Positions 26,357 to 34,794 of a stretch of 64,000 bases of DNA are shown here, piece after piece. The position numbers and the translations under genes are program-made. The stretch is from the IMG/VR virus record IMGVR_UViG_2863404153_000002, positions 5,165 through 69,164 of that record, one strand, 5' to 3'. Every line of letters starts with the position of its first letter. Position 1 is the first letter of the stretch. Source of the DNA: a virus (Duplodnaviria; Caudoviricetes). Below the pieces are notes generated by a model. The model was not told where the DNA came from. It ran no database searches and worked only from the letters and a program-made list of their open reading frames with translations.

Positions 26357-28356
26357 CGACCGAGATGCCCCCCGAGTTCCCCGCCGACTGGGACCTCGAC
26401 AAGGTGATCCCCTCGGCCGGCGAGCTGCACGTGCCCGACGACCTGTCCGGCGAGGACATCGCGCCCGGCATCGTCGCCCCCTACGAGCCGCGGCCGGCCG
26501 TCCTGTCGAAGACCGGCTCCGCGACGATGGTCGCCGCGGCGGCCACCGGCCGAGCCTGCGGACTCACCGCCCGCTGGTTCTTCACCGGCGCCAGCGCCGT
26601 CGGATTCCTCGGCTGGCGCTACGTCCGCGCCCACGACCTCCAAGAAGTCCTCGGCGGCATGTCGAAGGGCTCCGACTGGAACAAGGTCGACATCGTCCGC
26701 AAGAAGCGGTGGCGATTCCTCGGCTGGGCGGCCGGCATCACCGCGGGCCTCAACCTCGCCGGCTGGTGGGCGCTCGTGAAGTACGCAGGCATGACCGCAG
26801 CCGACTGGTCCTGGAAGATCCCCCCCGCCCTGACCGCCGCCGCTGCGGTCGCCGCCGTCACCCTCTACGGCCGCTACCGCGCGAACAGCCCCGGCATCGC
26901 CCCGGAGATGCTCGTCGCCGATCACGACAACCCGGAATCCGACGAGCCGTTCCCGCTGGCCCTCGCCACGTCCCCGAGCATGGTTGAGGACTGTGTGTCC
27001 AGGGCGCTCGCCTGGGAGGGCATCGGCACCCGGCAGATCCGGGCGCTCGGTTTCCGCGGGAAGTTCTGGGAGATCGACGTGATCCTCAAGGGTTCGACTC
27101 CCGGCAAGGTCAACGCGGTCTGTGACCAGCTGGACGCCCACTTCAACATCAAGCAGGGCGGCACCCTCATCGACCCTGACCCTGCCGAGTCCGCGCACAT
27201 CATGTTGCGCCTCGTCACCGGCAACCCGTTCGACGACATGCCCAAGCCGACCGTGCACGCCCCGAACAGCCTGGACATCTCCGACCCGCACAACTTCGGC
27301 CGCTGCATGGACGGCAGCCCCCTCGACCTCGTCCTCGAAGGGCAGCGCATCCTCGTCATCGGCGTGTCCGGTTCCGCTAAGTCCACCGGCGTCCTCCGTG
27401 ACCTGGCCGAGGTCATCACCGCCTGCCACAACGCCATCGCCATCGAGATGGACCCGGTCAAGGATGGGCTGCGCGAGTTCGAAGGTGTCATGGCCGTCCC
27501 CCCGATCAGGGGTACCAGGGCCTGCGAGCAGTGGCTTGAGTACCTGGTCAAGATGGCTGGCGGTCGCAACGTCATCCGCAACCGGCTCGGTATGGGCGAC
27601 ACGTGGGTTGCCACTAAGGAGCGCCCCGCCATCTTCGCGCTCGTCGACGAGTTCATCTTCCTCAGTCAGCGCGCGAAGGAGCTGTTCATCGAACTGCTCC
27701 GCATCGGCAAGCAGTCCGGGATCTACGTGGTGGCCGCCGGGCAGGACGCCACCTCTGACGCCATGGGCGACGCCATCGCCGACACCTTCACGACCCGCAT
27801 CATGCTCGCTGCCCGCTGGGACGACATCCGGCTCGTTCTCGGGCAGGGGGCTGCCGCGAAGGGCTTCCGCCCCGACCGTCTCGTCCCCGCCTTGAACAGG
27901 GACATCAAGAACGACGCCGGCCAGTCGTATATCAAGGGTCCCGGCCTGGACCGGCCGCTTCTGTACGGGTGGAACGAGCACAGCAACCACGGGATCAAGC
28001 AAGCCGTCGCCGACCGCAAGGCCGCGGGCCGGCCCTGGTTTGACCGCGACACCCTCGCCACCGCCGGTCTCCTCCACCTCGCCGATGGCGGGACCGGGGA
28101 GCGGATCGTTGGCGACCGGCAGATCGCGGCGGACGCCGTGGTGGTCATGGCCGAGGCCGGCGTGGACCGGATGAAGACCGAGACCCTGGCCGAGCGGCTC
28201 GTCGACCACGCGCCCGACGTCTATGCCGACCTGACTGCCGCCGAGCTGCGCGCTCGGCTGAAGGAAGCCGGAGCGGGCTCACCGGTGCAGCTGGGGGAGT
28301 GCGAGGGCGAGCGGAACCCCCGCGGCTACAAGCTCGAAGCGCTGACCGTCTTGTAG
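26353..28356 (+). CDS. traB: TraB/TraSA-type FtsK-SpoIIIE conjugative DNA translocase
   Basis: N-terminal TM segments, Walker A-like GVSGSAKS, Walker B FALVDEF, AGQ motif, C-terminal wHTH ending RGY. Confidence 0.85.
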   Translation: MTTEMPPEFPADWDLDKVIPSAGELHVPDDLSGEDIAPGIVAPYEPRPAVLSKTGSATMVAAAATGRACGLTARWFFTGASAVGFLGWRYVRAHDLQEVLGGMSKGSDWNKVDIVRKKRWRFLGWAAGITAGLNLAGWWALVKYAGMTAADWSWKIPPALTAAAAVAAVTLYGRYRANSPGIAPEMLVADHDNPESDEPFPLALATSPSMVEDCVSRALAWEGIGTRQIRALGFRGKFWEIDVILKGSTPGKVNAVCDQLDAHFNIKQGGTLIDPDPAESAHIMLRLVTGNPFDDMPKPTVHAPNSLDISDPHNFGRCMDGSPLDLVLEGQRILVIGVSGSAKSTGVLRDLAEVITACHNAIAIEMDPVKDGLREFEGVMAVPPIRGTRACEQWLEYLVKMAGGRNVIRNRLGMGDTWVATKERPAIFALVDEFIFLSQRAKELFIELLRIGKQSGIYVVAAGQDATSDAMGDAIADTFTTRIMLAARWDDIRLVLGQGAAAKGFRPDRLVPALNRDIKNDAGQSYIKGPGLDRPLLYGWNEHSNHGIKQAVADRKAAGRPWFDRDTLATAGLLHLADGGTGERIVGDRQIAADAVVVMAEAGVDRMKTETLAERLVDHAPDVYADLTAAELRARLKEAGAGSPVQLGECEGERNPRGYKLEALTVL

Positions 28357-28367
28357 GCATTCGTCCC

Positions 28368-28522
28368 CTGCTATCGAGGTGCTAAGCCCTGCTAAGTCGC
28401 AGGTCACAGCCGCTACACCGCCTGCTACCCGCACTGCTACCCGGATTGCGTAGCAGACGGCGTAGCAGCCCCCATAGCGGCTGTGACCTGCACGTTAGCG
28501 GCAGTCAGCACCCCGATAGCAC
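28368..28522. repeat. Long imperfect palindrome of GCTA-centred units directly after traB (clt-like)
   Basis: 17-bp perfect IR 28399-28415 / 28475-28491; 14/16 outer IR; six GCTA left, five TAGC right. Confidence 0.75.
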
Positions 28523-28565
28523 CGCACAAATCACCACAAACCGATCATCTGTCCGAGGAGACCAA

Positions 28566-29333
28566 ATGCCGCCCGCGAAGCGCACCCCGGCCCGCCGCGC
28601 CACCGTCACCAAGGCGCGAAAGACGCCAGCCCGCAAACACCCCGCCCGCCGCGTCAAGATCCCCCGCAAGGGCCCCCTCCACGCCCAAATCGGCGCCCGT
28701 ATGGTCCTCTTCGCCGTCTCCCACCTCGACACCCACGGCGACATCGTCCGATCCCGCAAAGACGCCGCAATCCTCCGCGCCACCCACGAAGGCTGCCCCA
28801 CCTGCCACGGCAACGGACAAATCTTCACCAAAGGCAAAGACGGCTCCTTCACCGGCTCCAAGCCCTGCCCCGCCAAGCCCACCAAACAGAAGGTGTCCAA
28901 GTGGGCCGTGTACAAGGCGTCCCGGTTCGGCGCCGAAAAGAACACCGGCCTCGTCGGCTGGGCCTGCCCCTGCGGCAAGAAGGAGAAGCCCCGCTACCGC
29001 GACGCCAAGGAAGCCACCAAAGCCCTCCGCGTACACGAGCGGAAGAAGCACGGCGGGAAATCCGTCGGCGGAGCCTGGTACGCCCAAGCCGCCGAAGGCG
29101 CCGCGCAGCCGGCCATGCAGCCGGTGCCGTCCAAGATCGTCACTGACTCCGGCCTCACCGACGACCAGTGGATCAAAAAGAACAAGAAGATCCACCCCGG
29201 CAAGGCCATAGCCAAAGGCCTCTGCTGGATGTGCGCCGGAAACGGCTCCCTCCACGCCGCCTTCGGCAACCAGCAGATCCTCACCGTCTGCCCCGAATGC
29301 CAGGGCAACGGCAAAGCCCCTCAAGCCGCCTGA
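28566..29333 (+). CDS. Basic Zn-finger protein (DnaJ-like CxxCxGxG repeats)
   Basis: CPTCHGNG, CWMCAGNG, CPECQGNG; RBS GAGGAG. Confidence 0.75.
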   Translation: MPPAKRTPARRATVTKARKTPARKHPARRVKIPRKGPLHAQIGARMVLFAVSHLDTHGDIVRSRKDAAILRATHEGCPTCHGNGQIFTKGKDGSFTGSKPCPAKPTKQKVSKWAVYKASRFGAEKNTGLVGWACPCGKKEKPRYRDAKEATKALRVHERKKHGGKSVGGAWYAQAAEGAAQPAMQPVPSKIVTDSGLTDDQWIKKNKKIHPGKAIAKGLCWMCAGNGSLHAAFGNQQILTVCPECQGNGKAPQAA

Positions 29334-29354
29334 TCCCACTAGGAGAACCTGATC

Positions 29355-29843
29355 GTGAACCGCCTGCCCGAGCCGACGCCCACCGCCCCCGCGGCCGGGC
29401 AGGCCCCCAACCCGCTCACCGACTCCGTCATCTCCGCCGCCGTCGAACACGCCATCGAGAAGGCGAAGCGCAACGACACCAGCCCCGAGGCCGTAATCGG
29501 CACCGCCCCGCCCGTCGCCCAGCCCGGCCGGCCACCGATGAGCGAGAAGGCCGCCGACGCCAGCGTCATGATGATCGCGGCAGGCTTCCTCAGCATCTGC
29601 CTCGGCGCCGCAGTCTCCGGCGTCCTCTACTTCTCCGGCAACGCCAACGAGACCGTCGTCATCGCCATCTGCACTGCCCCGCCAGTCACGTTCGTGGCAC
29701 TCAAGTCGCTGGTGAAGAGCGCCAAGCAGGCCACGCCCGCCGAGATCCACAACCACTACACAGGCACCGTCCACCAGGACCAGCGCACCACCCACACCGC
29801 GAACAACGGCGTGTGGGTCAAGAACAGCAACCGCAACCACTGA
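29355..29843 (+). CDS. SpdD-like two-TM spread protein
   Basis: PPVAQPGRPPMS, two TM helices, HNHYTGTVHQDQRT tail recalled from actinomycete conjugative elements. Confidence 0.65.
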   Translation: MNRLPEPTPTAPAAGQAPNPLTDSVISAAVEHAIEKAKRNDTSPEAVIGTAPPVAQPGRPPMSEKAADASVMMIAAGFLSICLGAAVSGVLYFSGNANETVVIAICTAPPVTFVALKSLVKSAKQATPAEIHNHYTGTVHQDQRTTHTANNGVWVKNSNRNH

Positions 29844-29857
29844 CGAAAGGACCAGCC

Positions 29858-30172
29858 ATGCAGACCATCGACCACGCCCCCACCGAGATCACCACCAGCC
29901 CGCAGATCACCCGCCTCCACGGCGACGCCACCACCGTCGACCTCACCACCAGCCTCACCGCCGAATGCCCCCACGGCCACCAGCACACCCTCTACATCAC
30001 CGACATCAGCGCCATGCCCGACGCCCTCCAGCAGATCGCCGAATGGGCCGACGAACACGTCGACACCTGCCCGGGAGCCGAACCCCCCGACGACGAGCCC
30101 GTGCACGAGGAGTGCCTCGGCATCCACGGCAGCGCGGGCGACTACCGCAACTGCGACGGCAACCCCATCTGA
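29858..30172 (+). CDS. Hypothetical protein
   Basis: RBS AAAGGA. Confidence 0.6.
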   Translation: MQTIDHAPTEITTSPQITRLHGDATTVDLTTSLTAECPHGHQHTLYITDISAMPDALQQIAEWADEHVDTCPGAEPPDDEPVHEECLGIHGSAGDYRNCDGNPI

Positions 30173-30200
30173 CTCTCAACCAACTCGACAGGAGCCCGGC

Positions 30201-30347
30201 ATGCCCCGACTCGTCGGTATCCGTGACGGTCACCGGGTCATCATCACCGTGACCGGCCGCCGCGGCACGATGACCGTCACCCGGCGGCATCACCCCGACT
30301 GCCCGTGCCCCGGGAAGACCACGACGCCCGACCAGAGCCCCGCCTGA
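30201..30347 (+). CDS. 48-aa hypothetical protein
   Basis: RBS AGGAG; translated by hand. Confidence 0.45.
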   Translation: MPRLVGIRDGHRVIITVTGRRGTMTVTRRHHPDCPCPGKTTTPDQSPA

Positions 30348-30510
30348 CGGCCCGAACGACCAGGGCCCCTCAGACGCCGCGACCGCCCCCGGCGGCGTGG
30401 CACCCCCGGCCAGCACCCGCTGGTCGATGACCGCCGCCCCGACGCCCGCGAACTGTGACGGGCGCGGGGCGGCGGGCCCCACCCACGCAACCCACAACGG
30501 GAGAACCGGA

Positions 30511-30873
30511 ATGCAGCCCTACGTCGACACGCAAGGCCTCTTCAACGGAAACATAGTCGTGCTGCACGACCTGGAGATGGACATCTACATCATGAAGGGA
30601 CACCACTGCGAGGAGGACATCAACACCCTGCTCCAAGATGGTGCCGGCGTGCCGCTTCTGTTCCGTACCTTGCGGGTCGTTGCTGGCACTGTGACTCGCA
30701 CGTGGACTCTGTTCTCGTGGCACCGACCGAACTGTGATGCCGTCGGGGAGGACGCGCCCTGGTGCCTGTGCGGGTTGGACGAGAGCGGAAGCCGCGTGGA
30801 CTGGTACCCCACCCCGGCAGATCCGGGTACTCCTCACGCCGTCCCTGTGGCCTGGTTCAGGGGCACACGGTGA
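30511..30873 (+). CDS. Hypothetical protein
   Basis: RBS GGGAGA. Confidence 0.55.
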   Translation: MQPYVDTQGLFNGNIVVLHDLEMDIYIMKGHHCEEDINTLLQDGAGVPLLFRTLRVVAGTVTRTWTLFSWHRPNCDAVGEDAPWCLCGLDESGSRVDWYPTPADPGTPHAVPVAWFRGTR

Positions 30874-30929
30874 GCGTGGCCCGCGCCACTCACCCCCGCC
30901 TGACCGCCCGACCCGACAGGATGGACCAC

Positions 30930-31175
30930 ATGCGCTACCGCGACCCCGACTGCACCTGCGAGATCGAATACCCCGGCGCCCACCGCCGCTGGTGCGACCA
31001 CTGCCGCACCGAAGGCCCCCTCCCCGGCAGCCTCGCCGACCCCGAATGGGAGCAGCGGAGCAACGACCCGGCCGTCCTCCAGGAAGCCCACCAGCGGATC
31101 GCCGACACCCACCCCGACCTCGCGCACCGGCTGCTCATCGCACTGGACCACCTGAACTTGGCCCAGCCCGACTGA
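30930..31175 (+). CDS. Cys-rich hypothetical protein
   Basis: CxC..CxxC; start uncertain (30921 or 30930). Confidence 0.55.
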   Translation: MRYRDPDCTCEIEYPGAHRRWCDHCRTEGPLPGSLADPEWEQRSNDPAVLQEAHQRIADTHPDLAHRLLIALDHLNLAQPD

Positions 31176-31308
31176 CCCCGCCCCCCCAAGGCCCGCTCCC
31201 TTCCCGGGACGCGGCCGTCACTGTGCCATTGGCCCGGACTGTAAACCCCGTAGTGCACCATTGGCTCAAGCATCACTCTGCTTCCCGCACCGCCCCGAGG
31301 AGCCGACC

Positions 31309-31959
31309 ATGCACGACAACGCCGCCGCCCTGGACGAATACGACTGGCCGGTCTGCCCCTGCGGACGCCAACTCCGAAACGACGAACTCGGACGCCAAGC
31401 CTGCCGACTCTGCCAGGAACACACCGACCAGTCACTCCGCCAGCTCCCCGGCCCCCGAGGTTTGTACGCCCAACTCGCCACCCGGCTAGTCCCCGGGCGC
31501 GGGGGTGACGGCCCGGTCGTGTCCGTCTCCCGCACGGCGCCACTGCCCCTCCGCCTCGAACCCCTCAGCCTCATGGCCCGAGGCGGCGTCGTCACCATCC
31601 TCCAGACCTGGCTGATCGACTGGCACGAACACCTCGGCTGGCGGCACCCGCGCTGGAAGGGTGATCTGCAGCAGCAACTCGACCAAGCCGTCAAGGCACT
31701 GCGCACCAATCTCGAATGGGCAGCAACCGAACACCCCGCGTTCGCAGACTTCGCCCACGAGGTCAGCAGCACGGTCCGCCAGTGCGAACGCCAGATCACC
31801 GGCGAGCGGACCGAACGCCCGATCGCCGTAGCCTGCCCGTGCGGAACCGTACTGAGGATCACCGTGTCCACCCCCGGCGCTCGGTGCCGAGGCTGCACCA
31901 CCCAGTACGCGCGCACCGAGATCCTTGATCTACCTCTCGCCACACGAACGGCTGCATAG
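31309..31959 (+). CDS. Zn-binding phage protein (paralog of 18394..19053), possible late regulator
   Basis: CxC..CxxC N-terminal, APLPLR motif, C-terminal CPC..CRGC. Confidence 0.78.
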   Translation: MHDNAAALDEYDWPVCPCGRQLRNDELGRQACRLCQEHTDQSLRQLPGPRGLYAQLATRLVPGRGGDGPVVSVSRTAPLPLRLEPLSLMARGGVVTILQTWLIDWHEHLGWRHPRWKGDLQQQLDQAVKALRTNLEWAATEHPAFADFAHEVSSTVRQCERQITGERTERPIAVACPCGTVLRITVSTPGARCRGCTTQYARTEILDLPLATRTAA

Positions 31960-32081
31960 CACTGGACTTGCCCACCTGATCACCTGTATGTCACAGTGGC
32001 AGCAGACGGAACTACGTGTGTCCGCAACTACTTCAGCCCCCAGCTTCCGGCCGGGGGCTTTCTGTATTCCAGGGGGCGGAC

Positions 32082-32327
32082 GTGAGCGTCACCGACCTGT
32101 ATCCGGAAGACCTCGTCTTCGAGCATGAAGCCACCGCCGCAACCGGCGTACCGGGTCCGGTGATTCGGCAATGGGCGCGGCGAGGCAAGGTCCGCAAGTT
32201 TCAGGGACGCCCCGACCAGCTCTCCGGCCAGGGCCACGAGTACAAGACCATGTACGCGCTCCCGGACGTCAAGGAGCGTGCTGCCACCTACCGGCCCACG
32301 CCCCAACGAGCACCAAAGGCCGCATAG
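32082..32327 (+). CDS. Small HTH (MerR/Xis-like) protein
   Basis: EATAATGVPGPVIRQWARRGKV; GTG start. Confidence 0.65.
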   Translation: MSVTDLYPEDLVFEHEATAATGVPGPVIRQWARRGKVRKFQGRPDQLSGQGHEYKTMYALPDVKERAATYRPTPQRAPKAA

Positions 32328-32526
32328 CTCCTGCGCCCCGGGCGGTAGCGCAGGCCGGGCCTCGTAGCGGTCCGCGCTCGGCCCAACCGTCCGCCCGGTC
32401 CTAGTGGGGGGCCGGGCGGACGAACAACCCACCGAATCCCCCTAACTCGGGGCCGGTCGGCCCATCCCGACCCCGAAAGCACCCCCGTCACGGGCGGCGA
32501 GACACCCAATACCGGGAGGTGAACCG

Positions 32527-33663
32527 ATGCCCCTGCCCCCCGGACTCTCCACCGTCACCGTCACCGGCACCTACAAGCACCCCGACGGGGCGCCCTACGC
32601 CGGCCGGATCATCTTCCGCCCCGAGCCCGACATCCTCACCTCGGCCGCCCACGGAACCCTCGTCCTCGGAGACGCCGAGACAGTCCTCGACAACAACGGC
32701 ACCTTCTCCACAACGCTGCTGGCCACCGACGACCCCGACGTGACGCCCGTCGGCTGGACGTACACCGTATTCGAGCGGTGGCATGACACGATCGGGCGCA
32801 GCTACCCCATCTCACTGCCCGCCGCGGCACCGACCGTGGACATCGCTGACGTTGCCCCCACGGCACCAGCAGAAGGCCAACACGTCGTCATCACCGGACC
32901 CCAAGGGCCGCCAGGGCAAGACGGATCGAACGCCGAAGCCGAGGCGTACACCGACACCGCGGTGGCCGCTCACTCCGGCGACACCACTGACGTGCACGGC
33001 ATCCCGGATACGGCACTCCTCGAAACCATCGCAGGCGCAGTCGCCAAGGTTGCAGCCCACGCTGCGGCCATCGACCCGCACAGCGACCGGGCCTACGCGG
33101 ACGGACAGTTCGCAACCATCGCCGTCGTCAACACCCTGACCGGAACCGTCACCACACTCAGCGGCACCGTGACCGCCCTGAACGGCTTCGTGGACGATTG
33201 CCTCACCCGCGTCGCAGCGATCGAGAACGGCACCGCGTTCCTTGCCGCGCTCAACGTTGTCGGCAACGCGCTCGTCTCGGGCGGTGATCTAACCGTCAAG
33301 GACAACGCCAAGGGCTATCGGTTCCGTCGCGGCGGCGGCGCACTCGACCTCGAAGCGACTGGCGCAGACCTCATCGTGTCCAACTGGTCCGGCACCGGCT
33401 TCAATGGCACACAGCGCAGCTACGACCGCTACTCCGCCGACGCCCTCAACGTCCAACACGCAGGCAAGCGCGAGTTCGTCGCCGCCCTGTACGGGGCAGC
33501 CGTCCACGTCATCGACCCCGACAACAACCGGCTCGGCTTCCACGGCAAGACACCAGTCTCCCAGCAGGCCATCACCGGATCCCGGGCAGATGGCACGGCC
33601 CTCACCAACCTCCTGGCCGCCCTAGACAACCTCGGAATCATCGACGACCAGACCACAGCGTGA
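32527..33663 (+). CDS. Minor tail/fibre-like structural protein located upstream of the packaging genes
   Basis: N-terminal VTVTGTY..DG..G.I.F.P beta domain, short GPQGPPG linker, T/A-rich body; RBS GGGAGGTG. Confidence 0.7.
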   Translation: MPLPPGLSTVTVTGTYKHPDGAPYAGRIIFRPEPDILTSAAHGTLVLGDAETVLDNNGTFSTTLLATDDPDVTPVGWTYTVFERWHDTIGRSYPISLPAAAPTVDIADVAPTAPAEGQHVVITGPQGPPGQDGSNAEAEAYTDTAVAAHSGDTTDVHGIPDTALLETIAGAVAKVAAHAAAIDPHSDRAYADGQFATIAVVNTLTGTVTTLSGTVTALNGFVDDCLTRVAAIENGTAFLAALNVVGNALVSGGDLTVKDNAKGYRFRRGGGALDLEATGADLIVSNWSGTGFNGTQRSYDRYSADALNVQHAGKREFVAALYGAAVHVIDPDNNRLGFHGKTPVSQQAITGSRADGTALTNLLAALDNLGIIDDQTTA

Positions 33664-33740
33664 TCCCGAAACCGTCACACCCCTGACAGCGCGCGCAGTA
33701 TCGGACACCATGTGCCGAACCGCGACGACAGGGAGCAGAC

Positions 33741-34118
33741 GTGTTCGGCAGCAAGAAGAGCGACGAAGAGAAGGCAGCAGCAAGGCGGCAACGGCAGATC
33801 ACCGCAGCCGCAGCCTCAGCCGGCCTCACCGTCATGGGCGGGCAGTTCAGGGCCCCCAACCAGGATCCCGTCCCCGTCGACGGGGTGCGCATCACCATCG
33901 AGCGTGGCGAAGAGGCAGGGAAGCGCGTCACCGCCACGCGAGTTCTCCTCACCGGAATCTTCGCGCTGCTGCTGAAGAAGGACATGAACCAGCTGTTCAT
34001 CACCATCGAGAACGGCGACAAGGTCATGCTGTGCCCCGTGCCAGCGAAGAAGGAAGGCGCCGCACGCATCCTCGCCACCATGGTCAACGGCGAAGCCACA
34101 GGCGTCGACAAGCAGTAG
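33741..34118 (+). CDS. Membrane-associated accessory protein
   Basis: KRVTATRVLLTGIFALLLKK segment; followed by hairpin near 34131-34165. Confidence 0.65.
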   Translation: MFGSKKSDEEKAAARRQRQITAAAASAGLTVMGGQFRAPNQDPVPVDGVRITIERGEEAGKRVTATRVLLTGIFALLLKKDMNQLFITIENGDKVMLCPVPAKKEGAARILATMVNGEATGVDKQ

Positions 34119-34186
34119 CCGTATAGCCCCAGCCCTGGCCGACTTCACCCTCGGGCCAGGGCTGGCCCACGCTCAGGGAGGCGGCC

Positions 34187-34477
34187 ATGAGCGGCGGATG
34201 GGCGGGCAGCAGCAGGCGCAACGAGCTTCCCAACGACTGGTACACGCGCATCAGGCCGATGATCCTCGAACGCGACGGGCATCGCTGCCAGGCCTGCGGA
34301 CGGCCGGCCACCGACGTGGACCACATCGGTGATAAACACGACCACAGGCCCGCCAACCTGCAAGCGCTGTGCGGCTGGTGCCACAAGCGGAAGACGAGCG
34401 AGCAGGGAAACCGGTCACCGAACCGGCAGCGGATCGCCGAGACCAGGCCGCGAGAACAGCACCCCGGACTGATGTGA
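34187..34477 (+). CDS. Terminase-associated HNH endonuclease
   Basis: ILERDGHRCQAC..ATDVDHI..NLQALCGWCHKRK; position before terminase. Confidence 0.88.
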   Translation: MSGGWAGSSRRNELPNDWYTRIRPMILERDGHRCQACGRPATDVDHIGDKHDHRPANLQALCGWCHKRKTSEQGNRSPNRQRIAETRPREQHPGLM

Positions 34478-34794
34478 CCGGCCCGAATCTGTGAGTGCGG
34501 GCCAGGCGATTCGATCACGACCCTCTGGCCACCCCTGGCCACCCCTCCCTCCCCCCACCCCCTGGAAGCCCGGGGAGGTGCTGTGGCTGAGGCTGGCTAC
34601 GGGTCTGGCTGATCTGCCCCTTCTGGGTGTTGGCTGGCCGTGTGGCGGGCTGCGGCAGGCCGGCTGGGGTGATTCGGGGTCTGGTTCGGGAGGCGGGCGC
34701 TCAGCGTCTCAGCTCCCTGTATCACCCGCGTAACGGTCCCATCTGTGCAGGTCAGACGGTAGATTGCCGTTACATGCCGGGCTAGAATGGGTGC
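34478..34794. other. Candidate cos/pac packaging region
   Basis: Non-coding gap between HNH and terminase operon; C-run then switch from C-rich to G/T-rich top strand near 34570; GTAACGG/CCGTTAC IR near 34730-34772. Confidence 0.45.

Noticed and set aside
28446-28565. TTG-start N-terminal extension of the 28566 gene
   Set aside because: Runs through the palindrome; the ATG at 28566 has a good GAGGAG RBS
32896-32925. Collagen-like domain in 32527..33663
   Set aside because: Only about three G-X-Y triplets (GPQGPPGQDG); a linker, not a collagen helix
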